Shown: positions 31,410-41,094 of the stretch, piece by piece
Numbering within the stretch: the stretch's first letter is position 1
Layout of the letters: each line of letters opens with the position of its first letter
IMG/VR virus record: IMGVR_UViG_3300030613_000002
Location: 1 to 49,240 of that record
Reading direction: 5' to 3' (one strand)
Length of the DNA: 49,240 nt
DNA from: a virus
Notes under the pieces: model-generated
What the model saw: the letters and a program-made list of their open reading frames with translations, nothing else
Told to the model about the DNA's origin: nothing
Databases searched by the model: none
Translations under genes and position numbers: made by a program

Positions 31410-33508
31410 TGGCTGCGGGGAAGACATACACAGAAAGACTGACGACCTGGCTATCCCTTGAGGGTGTACCTGCCTATGTCTCTGGGATGGGTAGCGCTGC
31501 GGCTGCTACGAAGGGCATGGCCTACCAACAGATGATGCTCTACATGGCGCAGCAGCGGTATGCCCAGCAGATGGTAATGACTGGCGCGGCGATTTTGGGT
31601 GTCGGCGTGCTGGCACTCAAGGCAGCCTCTGATTTCGAGCAGTACCGTGCCATGATCTACGCAGTTACGCGGGACCAGGGAGAGGCTAATCGGGTCTTCG
31701 AGGATGCCATAGACATCGGTATGCGGATGCCTGGGAGCACCAAAGAGGTCATCCGGGCGGGGGCGGAATTCGCCAACTACGCCGAGATCACAGGCATGGC
31801 TACCCTTGCGCAAAAGTCGTTCATGCAGGGGGCGGTTGACCTGGCGACCGTGTTTCGCGGGGCGGAGATGAACATTGACCCGCACCGGATGTCAATGGCG
31901 ATCATCTCGTTTCTGGGTGGTCGAGTGGAGATGCTCCGCAGATTGGGACTGTCGTTGTCCGTGCTCCAGCAGTTCGGCTACAAGACCGACATGGGGCCAG
32001 CGGAGAGGCTGAATGTCATCCTGCGGGTGATGGAGAAGTATAGCGGGGCTGCCGGGTTGCAGATGAAGACGCTGGCGGGGGCCATGTCGAACTTCTGGGA
32101 TGTAACGCAGCAAGTGGCCGCGAGTTTGATGTCTCCGTTGTTGCCCGCCTTCACGACTGCTGTGCGGGTGGCGGAATCATTCGGGAAAGCCATCATGTGG
32201 CTACCTGGGCCGGTGAAGGCGTTGATTGGGGCGACCGGGTTGCTGGCTGGGAGCACGGCGGTTCTGACTGGCACGATCATCGCGCTGCGGGCTGCCTATC
32301 ATATCGCGCTCCAAGAGATGACGTTATGGACGGCGGCGACGGGGGCGGCCACGGGGGCGCAGGCGGGCCTTGCGGGGGCGACGGGGATCGGAGGCATAGC
32401 GGCGGCGGGTGCAGCAACCTCACGGAACATCGGTCTTGGGGCCGGACTGATGAGGGTGACGGGATTGGATTGGTTGCTGACAAGGGCTAAGGCGGCAGGC
32501 AAATTCGCGGCGCATGAGCCACTGCATTTATTCAGTAGGCGCGGACTTCCAGGTGTTGCCTCGGGGCAAGCCGGGTGGCTTGCCCAAGAAGCCGCGATTG
32601 CGGCTCGTGCATCACAATTGAGTGGGTTCCCACTGGCCGGGAGGATCAGTGGGTTTGAACGCGCAATCGGAGGTGGACCTGGGCGAACAAGTTTGGCAAT
32701 GAGCCAGATGGGGATGATTCTACCGGGTATGCAGGCAGCGCCAGCGGCAGGGAAAGCGACTGTTGGCATCCTTTCGAGTATCTATGGTTTCCTCGGCCCC
32801 TATGGTCTGCTGGCAATCGGAGTAGGGGCGGTTGGGATTGGTTTCTTGAAGTGGCGCGAGAATATAGAGAAGGCCCGCCTGAAGATCGAAGAAACGGCAC
32901 AGGCCGCTTTCAAGATGGCTCGTGAGGCAGGGGCTGCCTTCCGCCAGGTCATGCAAGGGACGATTGGAGCCGGGGAATACGGCGCACAGTTAAAGAAATT
33001 GGCCGACCGCGGTGAGGCTTTACGGGTGGCTCGCGAGCAGGAGGCCACATTCGCAGAAATAGGGATACGTACAGCGGCAGGCAACGCGGCAGTAAGGGCC
33101 TGGGCCAAGGAGCAGGGCGAGATCTACTTAGGAGGTGCGACGATTAAGACAGCCGAGGCCGGTTATCGGCAGGCTCTGCATTGGCGAACGATGGCAGCCC
33201 AGGAGAACGTCCGTGCCGAAGAGATTCGGACCGAGGAGATGCGCCAAAAGTATCTGAAAGGAGGGGCGACAGGTGGTGGCGATGATCTGTTTTCCAAACT
33301 GGCCCGCAAGGTCATCGGGGGCGGGAGCGAGTTTGAGCGGGCGATAAGTCCGCTGGCGGCGTTCAAAGCGACAGGGGTTCTACCCTGGGCACAACCGAAG
33401 AAGGCTGTGGTGATCAAGATTGAGTTGAGTCCCGAACTGGTGGGGAAAACGATAGATGATGCTGGCCAGTTCGCAATTCAGTTTGTGCAGCAGGCGGTGC
33501 AGGGTTAG
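31409..33508 (+). CDS. tail tape measure protein
   Basis: 699 aa, Ala/Gly-rich with hydrophobic stretches. Directly follows the frameshifted chaperone pair. Confidence 0.85.
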   Translation: MAAGKTYTERLTTWLSLEGVPAYVSGMGSAAAATKGMAYQQMMLYMAQQRYAQQMVMTGAAILGVGVLALKAASDFEQYRAMIYAVTRDQGEANRVFEDAIDIGMRMPGSTKEVIRAGAEFANYAEITGMATLAQKSFMQGAVDLATVFRGAEMNIDPHRMSMAIISFLGGRVEMLRRLGLSLSVLQQFGYKTDMGPAERLNVILRVMEKYSGAAGLQMKTLAGAMSNFWDVTQQVAASLMSPLLPAFTTAVRVAESFGKAIMWLPGPVKALIGATGLLAGSTAVLTGTIIALRAAYHIALQEMTLWTAATGAATGAQAGLAGATGIGGIAAAGAATSRNIGLGAGLMRVTGLDWLLTRAKAAGKFAAHEPLHLFSRRGLPGVASGQAGWLAQEAAIAARASQLSGFPLAGRISGFERAIGGGPGRTSLAMSQMGMILPGMQAAPAAGKATVGILSSIYGFLGPYGLLAIGVGAVGIGFLKWRENIEKARLKIEETAQAAFKMAREAGAAFRQVMQGTIGAGEYGAQLKKLADRGEALRVAREQEATFAEIGIRTAAGNAAVRAWAKEQGEIYLGGATIKTAEAGYRQALHWRTMAAQENVRAEEIRTEEMRQKYLKGGATGGGDDLFSKLARKVIGGGSEFERAISPLAAFKATGVLPWAQPKKAVVIKIELSPELVGKTIDDAGQFAIQFVQQAVQG

Positions 33509-33527
33509 TATCCGGAGCGGATGAAAT

Positions 33528-34250
33528 ATGGGAAAGATAGGTTGGCATCCAACTGAGGAAATGCGGAGTAAGATGCGAGAAACACATAGGGGCAAACCTC
33601 GTCCTCTGGAAGTGAGGGAGAAAATCCGGGCAACCCTGAAAGGCAATATGCCCTGGAACAAGGGCAAGACTGGCCTACCGCCACTTTCTGAGGAGCATAA
33701 ACGGAAGATAGGGAGGGCGCTCCTGGGGGAACGGAATCCGAATTTCGGCAAGCCAATCAATCTTGGCAAACGCCTTTCCGAGGAAACCAAGACAAAGATA
33801 AGCGAAAGTCATAAGGGCGCAGGGAACCCCAACTTTGGGAAGTTTGCCTCTGAAGAAACCAACAGGAGGAGAAGCACTGCCCTGCGGGGCCAAACTCGGT
33901 CGGAAGAGACCAAACGGAAAATGAGTGAAATCGCCAAGGTGAGATATAGAGATAAGTCGAACCATCCCAGGTGGAAGGGAGGGCGGTCTTTTATCTATTA
34001 TCCGCCTGAGTTCGACGAGACCATGAGGCGAGCGGTCAGAAAACGCGATAATTCTATTTGCCAATGTTGCGGGGCAGTGCCCGCCAAGATCGTTCATCAT
34101 ATTGATTATGATAGGCAGAATAACACGGCTGGGAATCTGGTCACGCTTTGTGCATCTTGCCATTCCAGAACGAATGCAAGGCGGGCTTTTTGGACTGGTT
34201 TCTTCATCGGCCTCATGGCCGCGCGTGTGCAATCGGCGGTGAGCGGATGA
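33528..34250 (+). CDS. HNH homing endonuclease with NUMOD3 repeats
   Basis: Reiterated G(K/R)xxSEETKxKxS units (NUMOD3-like), followed by CQCCG...VHHIDYD...NLVTLCASCH. Confidence 0.85.
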   Translation: MGKIGWHPTEEMRSKMRETHRGKPRPLEVREKIRATLKGNMPWNKGKTGLPPLSEEHKRKIGRALLGERNPNFGKPINLGKRLSEETKTKISESHKGAGNPNFGKFASEETNRRRSTALRGQTRSEETKRKMSEIAKVRYRDKSNHPRWKGGRSFIYYPPEFDETMRRAVRKRDNSICQCCGAVPAKIVHHIDYDRQNNTAGNLVTLCASCHSRTNARRAFWTGFFIGLMAARVQSAVSG

Positions 34251-36433
34251 GCGTGCCGGTCATCGGATTGGACGTGGCGGAAGTTCAGTTGGCGTTGCCC
34301 GGGCAATCGGCCTGGCACGGAATGAAGGGGTCATGGGGGAGTCTGACCAAGACAGGGGTCTATCTGGAGCCGAACACCGGGCTGGCGATGCTGGAACCAG
34401 GAATCATGGGATGGCGCGGTTTGGCTGGGGATTGGGAGGCGGGGGAAACACTCTTCGAGATTGCACCTTGGGAAGCTGGTTCGTATCTAGGTGGATATGG
34501 TGCGGGATCATCGATCCCGGATGATGACACGCCTGGGTGGGATACATCTTGGAGTTGGGCAAACCAGTTATTTTGGTTTCAGTACCGCGCTAGGTCTGCC
34601 ACCCCACTGGTCGGAATTGGCACAAAACGCGATCCAGTGGATGGGGGTGCAACATCACGCTTCTCTCTAGGCGAGGGAGAAGGATTTGCTCTGCGATTGT
34701 TTTGCTGGCCAGGCCAGACGATGAGCCAAACCGTCTCCTACATTCTGGTGAAGTTTGGTGGAAGATATGGCCTTCTTTTGCAGCCGCCAGCGCATGATGT
34801 CGGACACACTTCGGGCCGCCTCATTCGGTATTCGGGACCCACATGGGCTAATGGTTTGAATGATTATTCTGGCGGAGGTGTCTATGTTGCCAGCAGCGAT
34901 AGAATAATGCCAGGGGGGGCCAGTCGGGATCTGTGTGTGGATATTATGGTGCTTCCGTTTCCTGGTAGTTTGGTGATAATGACGCCATCGGGTTCCTTGA
35001 TTTACCATGAGACAGACCTAGACCCCGAGACGGGCCAAGCGGTGCTCCCGGCAAGGGTTGTTCTGGACAGTGAAGGTTCGGTGATTTATTGGGCTTTCAG
35101 TCAGGTCGGTTTTGTCTCTGGCACGATAACAAGCCCAGTGTATGCGCTGGGAGACTCCTACACATTTGCGCCAACACTGGAAGGGATTACGCCGGTTCTT
35201 TCGCCTGACGTAGGGATTGCGGTGGCTGGCACAAAGGGGGATGGGACGCCGTTCGCGGATGGCGATATTCGGGATTACAAGTATGAACTGACGTTGACCC
35301 CCTCGCCGGATGGCAAGCGGACGCCATACGTGTGGGGGGTGCAGGTGGACTTCGCGCCAACACACCAGATCATTCCCGGGTCGGCGTATAACTTCGCCTC
35401 GATGACGCGGCGGATGACACTGACCGAGCGGAAGGACAATCCCCTGCGCGAACTGACCATCAACCTCCACAACAAAGAGGCGAATCTGGACACCTACCGC
35501 GACCAGGTCAACCTGCCGGTGCAGGTGTGGGTAGATGGGCAGAGCGTGTTTGTTGGGCAGACGGAGATGCCCAGCACGGAGATGGGGAAGGCGGAGTTTG
35601 TGGAATTGCGAGTGCCTGACCGGTGGAGGAGATTGCAGAGGGCGATTCTGCACAGCGGGACGGTCTATGACGGATTGAAGCATGGGGATGCGGTGAAGGA
35701 TGTGCTGCACCGGGCCGGCTTTTCGGATGAATATCTGAATATCGCCGAGGACCCGTATGTGCTACCGAGCAGCCTGGATACGACCGGCGACCCATTGTTT
35801 CGACCCGATGACGGCCAGAGCGCGGCGGACTTCCTGGAATACATCCGCGATGCCTTTTCGGGTTGGGAGATGGGGTTCAGTAAGGGAGGGATTTTCTACT
35901 ACTGGCCGACCGCCCTGACCGCAAGCGCGGGCTACTTCTTCTCCACCACACAGGCTGCGAACGATGCGGGAGGGGCGGCTGGGCATTGCTACCCATACTT
36001 CAAGCTCACGAAGAGCGTTGACGATAGCCTATTCAGGAACGAGATATGGGTGTTTGGGATTGACCCAGTGAAGTGGGAACAAGCGGCAGCGGGGCAGATA
36101 GCAGAGGAAGAGGCCGTGCTGGGGTGCTCCTGGATAGACTACGACAGTTTCGACAATCCCTCAACGCCATACTATGTTTATGGCGAACGGCGGCTGTTGA
36201 TATGGCTTGACGGAAGCCTTTCGACACAAGCGGCGGTGAACTGGGTGTGTCGCACCTTGGGCGAGAAGTTTGACAGGTTCATCGTCAAGCGGACATGGGA
36301 GGGGCCGTATTACCCAGGTGTGTCTCCGGGGGCATTGGTGGAAGTGGATGGAATTGTCCACCGGCTGACAGGAATGACGACCAACTGGGAGAGCGCCGTG
36401 CCCAGGGCCACTTATGAGGGGGAGGTAGCGTAG
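34247..36433 (+). CDS. distal/minor tail protein
   Basis: ATGA overlap with the HNH stop. 728 aa. First structural gene after the tape measure. Confidence 0.6.
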   Translation: MSVPVIGLDVAEVQLALPGQSAWHGMKGSWGSLTKTGVYLEPNTGLAMLEPGIMGWRGLAGDWEAGETLFEIAPWEAGSYLGGYGAGSSIPDDDTPGWDTSWSWANQLFWFQYRARSATPLVGIGTKRDPVDGGATSRFSLGEGEGFALRLFCWPGQTMSQTVSYILVKFGGRYGLLLQPPAHDVGHTSGRLIRYSGPTWANGLNDYSGGGVYVASSDRIMPGGASRDLCVDIMVLPFPGSLVIMTPSGSLIYHETDLDPETGQAVLPARVVLDSEGSVIYWAFSQVGFVSGTITSPVYALGDSYTFAPTLEGITPVLSPDVGIAVAGTKGDGTPFADGDIRDYKYELTLTPSPDGKRTPYVWGVQVDFAPTHQIIPGSAYNFASMTRRMTLTERKDNPLRELTINLHNKEANLDTYRDQVNLPVQVWVDGQSVFVGQTEMPSTEMGKAEFVELRVPDRWRRLQRAILHSGTVYDGLKHGDAVKDVLHRAGFSDEYLNIAEDPYVLPSSLDTTGDPLFRPDDGQSAADFLEYIRDAFSGWEMGFSKGGIFYYWPTALTASAGYFFSTTQAANDAGGAAGHCYPYFKLTKSVDDSLFRNEIWVFGIDPVKWEQAAAGQIAEEEAVLGCSWIDYDSFDNPSTPYYVYGERRLLIWLDGSLSTQAAVNWVCRTLGEKFDRFIVKRTWEGPYYPGVSPGALVEVDGIVHRLTGMTTNWESAVPRATYEGEVA

Positions 36434-36478
36434 GATGGGGGTCAGAATACAGGACACAGGATACAGGGGGGAGAGAGC

Positions 36479-36736
36479 GTGAGATTGGAGCGGATAGGGC
36501 CAGAAGTGCGGTTGAGGGAAAGCCTGCGGCAGTTGATACGCCGGACGACGGGGATGGCGGTGTATGAGCCGAAGATAATGGGGGCGCAGCGGAAGCACAT
36601 CGGGGACATGAAGCGGATCATCGAACATCCGACTGCAGGGACGGTGATGATGGTGGACCCGATTACGCGTCATCATGCCTTCATGGTAGGGAAGGATGCA
36701 GTAGGCGACCCACAAGCAACTTTAGGGGGTATCTGA
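36479..36736 (+). CDS. hypothetical protein
   Basis: GTG start; alternative ATG at 36554. 85 aa. Confidence 0.4.
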   Translation: MRLERIGPEVRLRESLRQLIRRTTGMAVYEPKIMGAQRKHIGDMKRIIEHPTAGTVMMVDPITRHHAFMVGKDAVGDPQATLGGI

Positions 36737-39732
36737 TGCCCACAAAAGACATTCCGTCCTACAATCATTGGGTGGACGGTTTCACTCCGCATGGGGCGGA
36801 TTTCAACGAGGATTTCGACCAGACAGAGACGCAGTTACAGGGCATTGAGGACAGGCTGGAGGAGAGCCTGACCGCGCTCCATATTGATGGGGTGATATGG
36901 AAGCGGCCAGGGGACGTAGTTGACCTGCTTGTGAGCGCTGGGGCTGGGTTATCGGTGAACGTGTCGGCTGGCGAGGCGCTGGTGGGATATCGTCTTGAGG
37001 TAACGGCCAAGACGAATGACGGGGGAACTGGCGGGACAATTGCCGATGCCTCCACAAACTACTGCTATCTGATGCAGGACATGACGCTGTTCTTCAACGT
37101 AACGGGAGTAGCGCCGACGACACAGCGGAATATCCTGCTGGCAACCGTAACGACTGCCGGCGGGGTGGTAACGGCGGTCAACAACTACGCGGTCGGGGTA
37201 GTGAGGGGAGTGGGGCAGCCGAGTCTCAGGTCATTTACCTGTACCGCAACCGAGGCGGTTCGGGATGCGGTTTACATCTCGGCTGCCAATACAGTGAGTC
37301 AGGCGGAGTCGGATGATGCCAACCCAGCGAAGGCGAGAGTGGTGGGGATCATACTGGCGAAGGAGAGCGCGACCAGTTGTGTGGTGGGGGTAGATGGGGC
37401 AATCGTGGGTGGCTACACGGGGTTAAGTTCCGGCTCCGCCTATTATCTTCAGACGGTTGCGGGGACGTTAGGAACTGGCAAGCCCACTGCGCCCGACCCG
37501 ATAGTGCCGGTAGGAATAGCGGTATCCACGACGGCGATGCTGGTGAAGGTATTCGTGGACGAGGCGGCATTGGGTGGGCCGGGGGACTCGCTTCCCGATC
37601 TGACGGACGTGGACGATGCTTTGGCATACACGGCGGGCCATGTGCTGCGGGCGGACGGAGCGCAATACACGGATGCAGCGCTTGCTCATGCCGACCTTGC
37701 GGACGACAACGAACTGGTTCACACCAGCGGAAACGAGACGATTGCGGGGCTGAAGACCTTCTCCACGCTGCCGCAATCGAGCGTGGTTCCAGCCACTGGC
37801 GACGACCTGGTGAACAAAACCTATGCAGACGCATTTGCACAGGGATTGACGCCGAAGGAAGCCTGCCGGGTGGCAAGCACAGCCAACCTGACCTTATCGG
37901 GTGAGCAGACGATAGATGGGATTGCGGCTGTGTCCGGAGATCGCGTGCTGGCAAAAGACCAGACGACAGGGACCGAGAACGGCATCTATGTGTGCGCGGC
38001 CGGGGCATGGTCGCGGGCGACAGACTATGACGCCAGCGCCGAGGTGCAGGAGGGAACCTTCTGCTACGTTGCCGAGGGGACAGCCAACGGTGGGAAGGAG
38101 TTCGTGCAGATCACAGTTGATCCGGTGTTGGATACCGACCCGCTGGTGTTCGTGTGGTTGAGCAACCCGAACCTCTACAGTGGGTCGAACGGCGTCAAAC
38201 TGGTGGCGCAGGATTTTCAGATTGACCTTTCGGACACCAACCCATCCCTCGAAGTGGCGGATGGGGGAGTGCGGGCAAAGGTTGACGCCCTCACGATTGA
38301 CCGGTCGGCAAGCGGGCTAGAGGTCATTGGTGTGAGCGGGGATTTGTTGAGCGACCTGCCCTCGGTTGCAGCGGGGGCGAACAAATTGCCGACGGCAAAC
38401 CTGGGAAGCGGGGTGGCGGATGCGACAACGTTCCTCCGGGGAGACCAGGCATGGGCGACCCCGGTTGGGGTGGGTGCCGGGGTGATCGCACTCAACTACA
38501 CGAAGGCGATGGAAACGGATGTTACCCAGACCACCATTGTTAACGATGCCACTGAGCAGACACTCTACAGTTATACCGTCCCTGGTGGGACTCTCGGAAT
38601 GGACAAGATACTGCGGCTGATGATCGCTGGCAGGTATCTACATAATTCCGGCGGCAACAAGACGCTCAGGGTGAAGATGAAGTATGGAGGTTCCGAGGTA
38701 ACGGCCAAGACCTCCGGTGCTATTACGACCAACGCGGCATATGGCAACTTCCACTTCGAGTTGATCCTGGCGGCGAAGGGCCTGACGGATGCACAACAGG
38801 GTTACATGCTTTGCAGTTGCGAGTCCGGCGCGAACATCTCGGTGAACTGGGACGACAGGGGATTTGTGGCGGTGGACAGCACTGTTGACCAGGCCCTCCT
38901 CATCACGGTTCAGCACAGTGCGGCAGACCCGAACCTGAGCATCAGCACCAGGATACAGCACATCGAACTCCTGAACGCGGAGGACACGATTGGAGCGCCT
39001 ACGGACGCGGCCTACGTTACCCTGCTCAGCAATGGAAATCTGACTGCCGAACGGATCCTGACGGGAACAGAGAACCAGATCATCATAACCGACAACGGGC
39101 CTGGGGCGGCAGTGGTGGTTTCCACTCCGCAAGACATCCACACTGAGGCGGCGCCGATATTCGCTGGACTGACCGTTGCCGCATTGGAGGGCGTTCTGTT
39201 AGGGACTGCTGGGGTTGTATCCGCCGAGGCCGAAGCGAACTTTGAGCGGACTGCCAACAAGGATGCCGCGAGCGGTTATGCCGGCCTGGATGGGGCCTCT
39301 AAGGTTGACACGAGCGAACTCACGCTGCCCTACATCCGCAACGAGATAATCGTGGTAGTGGCGGGGGAATTGACGGCGGACGCTGCCGTGCCAAAGGTCG
39401 GATACATGAAGGCTCCTGCTGCCCTCACGATAGAGGAGATAGTCTGTGAGGTGGACACTGCGCCAACTGGGGCTGCTCTCATCGTGGACATCCACAAGAT
39501 ACCGGTGGCTGACATAGAAACGGACTTCACGGGAACCACGATTTACACAACGCAGGGGAACCGTCCCACCCTTGCGATCAGCGACAGGCACGTGGTGGCG
39601 ACCTTGCCGGACGTGACGGCGATAGCGCAGGGGGACGTGTTGAGGGTCTATGTGGACCAGGTGGGTAGCACGGTGGCAGGAAGCGACTTAACCGTGGCAA
39701 TACGGGTGAAGCAGCAGGCGGCGTGGAGTTGA
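36736..39732 (+). CDS. tail fiber / receptor-binding protein
   Basis: 998 aa. The segment IDGIAAVSGDRVLAKDQTTGTENGIYVCAAGAWSRATDYD resembles a motif recurrent in phage tail fiber proteins. Confidence 0.7.
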   Translation: MPTKDIPSYNHWVDGFTPHGADFNEDFDQTETQLQGIEDRLEESLTALHIDGVIWKRPGDVVDLLVSAGAGLSVNVSAGEALVGYRLEVTAKTNDGGTGGTIADASTNYCYLMQDMTLFFNVTGVAPTTQRNILLATVTTAGGVVTAVNNYAVGVVRGVGQPSLRSFTCTATEAVRDAVYISAANTVSQAESDDANPAKARVVGIILAKESATSCVVGVDGAIVGGYTGLSSGSAYYLQTVAGTLGTGKPTAPDPIVPVGIAVSTTAMLVKVFVDEAALGGPGDSLPDLTDVDDALAYTAGHVLRADGAQYTDAALAHADLADDNELVHTSGNETIAGLKTFSTLPQSSVVPATGDDLVNKTYADAFAQGLTPKEACRVASTANLTLSGEQTIDGIAAVSGDRVLAKDQTTGTENGIYVCAAGAWSRATDYDASAEVQEGTFCYVAEGTANGGKEFVQITVDPVLDTDPLVFVWLSNPNLYSGSNGVKLVAQDFQIDLSDTNPSLEVADGGVRAKVDALTIDRSASGLEVIGVSGDLLSDLPSVAAGANKLPTANLGSGVADATTFLRGDQAWATPVGVGAGVIALNYTKAMETDVTQTTIVNDATEQTLYSYTVPGGTLGMDKILRLMIAGRYLHNSGGNKTLRVKMKYGGSEVTAKTSGAITTNAAYGNFHFELILAAKGLTDAQQGYMLCSCESGANISVNWDDRGFVAVDSTVDQALLITVQHSAADPNLSISTRIQHIELLNAEDTIGAPTDAAYVTLLSNGNLTAERILTGTENQIIITDNGPGAAVVVSTPQDIHTEAAPIFAGLTVAALEGVLLGTAGVVSAEAEANFERTANKDAASGYAGLDGASKVDTSELTLPYIRNEIIVVVAGELTADAAVPKVGYMKAPAALTIEEIVCEVDTAPTGAALIVDIHKIPVADIETDFTGTTIYTTQGNRPTLAISDRHVVATLPDVTAIAQGDVLRVYVDQVGSTVAGSDLTVAIRVKQQAAWS

Positions 39733-39736
39733 TGAC

Positions 39737-40003
39737 ATGAAAATCACCCTCCTCCTCCGGCCTGGCGGTCCTGGGTGCGACCACGCGCTCATCAAGGACA
39801 GTGCGGGCAAGCAGATATTGGAGGTGTCCACCATCAAGGAGTTGAAGACTGCCGACCCTGCGACCCTCTCTGGTCTGGCATTGCAGGCGCGGGTGCTCCT
39901 GATGAACGTGTCCGCCACGACCGTTGATTCTGATGCCAAACTGAAGGCATACCTGGAGGCACGGGAGTTCGGGGCGGTTGCGGTTGGGGAGGTGAGTCCG
40001 TAA
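39737..40003 (+). CDS. hypothetical protein
   Basis: 88 aa. TAATG coupling to the next gene. Confidence 0.5.
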   Translation: MKITLLLRPGGPGCDHALIKDSAGKQILEVSTIKELKTADPATLSGLALQARVLLMNVSATTVDSDAKLKAYLEAREFGAVAVGEVSP

Positions 40004-41094
40004 TGGCGCTGACCTCGCTCGGGATGCTGCTGGAGATGCCGCCGATACCACTCATTTCAGAGAGTGCCTCTGGCACGATGGTCATAGACGCTGCTGGTGA
40101 ACTGGCGGCGGGCGTATTCCAGATTCCGCAGGCAGGCGACGTAACTGGTGTTTTCCTTCGCACGGGACCGGTTACGACTTCAACGCCCCTTAGTGTCGGA
40201 CTGCAAACTGTAAGCGCGGTTACCGGCGACCCTGATGGTGGTGCCTACAAGGGGAGTGCGGTTGGCACGATCGCTGCTCCAGCATCGAATACAAACTATG
40301 AGGTTACCCTGGGGACACAAGCGACGGCTGCGGTGCAGGGGGATGTGGTTGCCCTTGTTGTTGGATTTACAGCGGCTGTAGGAAACCTTGCGATTTTCAG
40401 GCAAGCCAACGTATTCTTTGTGAACGGGTTTGACTTTCCTTATACCGATGGGTATGTCGGTGTGGGTCCAGCCTGGTCACAAAGCGGACGTGTGCCTAGT
40501 TTTGCCTTGAAATACTCCGATGGTTCCTATGTGCCTATCCCTGGCCTTTTTCCACAGCCCAGTACATCCTCCATGGCCTTCGCTAGTGGTTCGACCCCTG
40601 ATGAGCGAGGCAACAAGTTCCAATTACCGTTCGGCTGTCGTGTCGTAGGTTACTGGGTCAATCTCGGCGCAGCCATACCTGCGACTGGTCTTTCGGTTGT
40701 CCTCTACGACAGCGATGGTTCCACCCCTCTCTTCACGAGCACACCCGACCCGGAGCAGGAGAGGGGCGGAGCTGGTCTCTTTACCCTGATGTTGGCTTCT
40801 CCCGTTACCCTCCTCGCTTCCACCTGGTATCGGCTGACGGTTCTCCCTGGCGCCTCCAACGTTACCATCTACGACTGGACATGGCCGTCCGCTGCGATGC
40901 TGGGGGCGTTACCCCTGGGTGCGAACTGCCAGCAGTGCCAGCGGACGAACGCTGGGGCCTGGACGGATACCAACACGGCCAGCAGGGTGCTGATGGGGCT
41001 GCTGATTGACCAGATAGATGTTTCGGCGGGCGGTGGTGGGGGAGTAATGCTGGGGATGCCTAACTTGATGCCGACGGGGGCTGATATACGATGA
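40003..41094 (+). CDS. tail/baseplate-associated protein
   Basis: 363 aa. Translationally coupled on both sides. Confidence 0.5.
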   Translation: MALTSLGMLLEMPPIPLISESASGTMVIDAAGELAAGVFQIPQAGDVTGVFLRTGPVTTSTPLSVGLQTVSAVTGDPDGGAYKGSAVGTIAAPASNTNYEVTLGTQATAAVQGDVVALVVGFTAAVGNLAIFRQANVFFVNGFDFPYTDGYVGVGPAWSQSGRVPSFALKYSDGSYVPIPGLFPQPSTSSMAFASGSTPDERGNKFQLPFGCRVVGYWVNLGAAIPATGLSVVLYDSDGSTPLFTSTPDPEQERGGAGLFTLMLASPVTLLASTWYRLTVLPGASNVTIYDWTWPSAAMLGALPLGANCQQCQRTNAGAWTDTNTASRVLMGLLIDQIDVSAGGGGGVMLGMPNLMPTGADIR

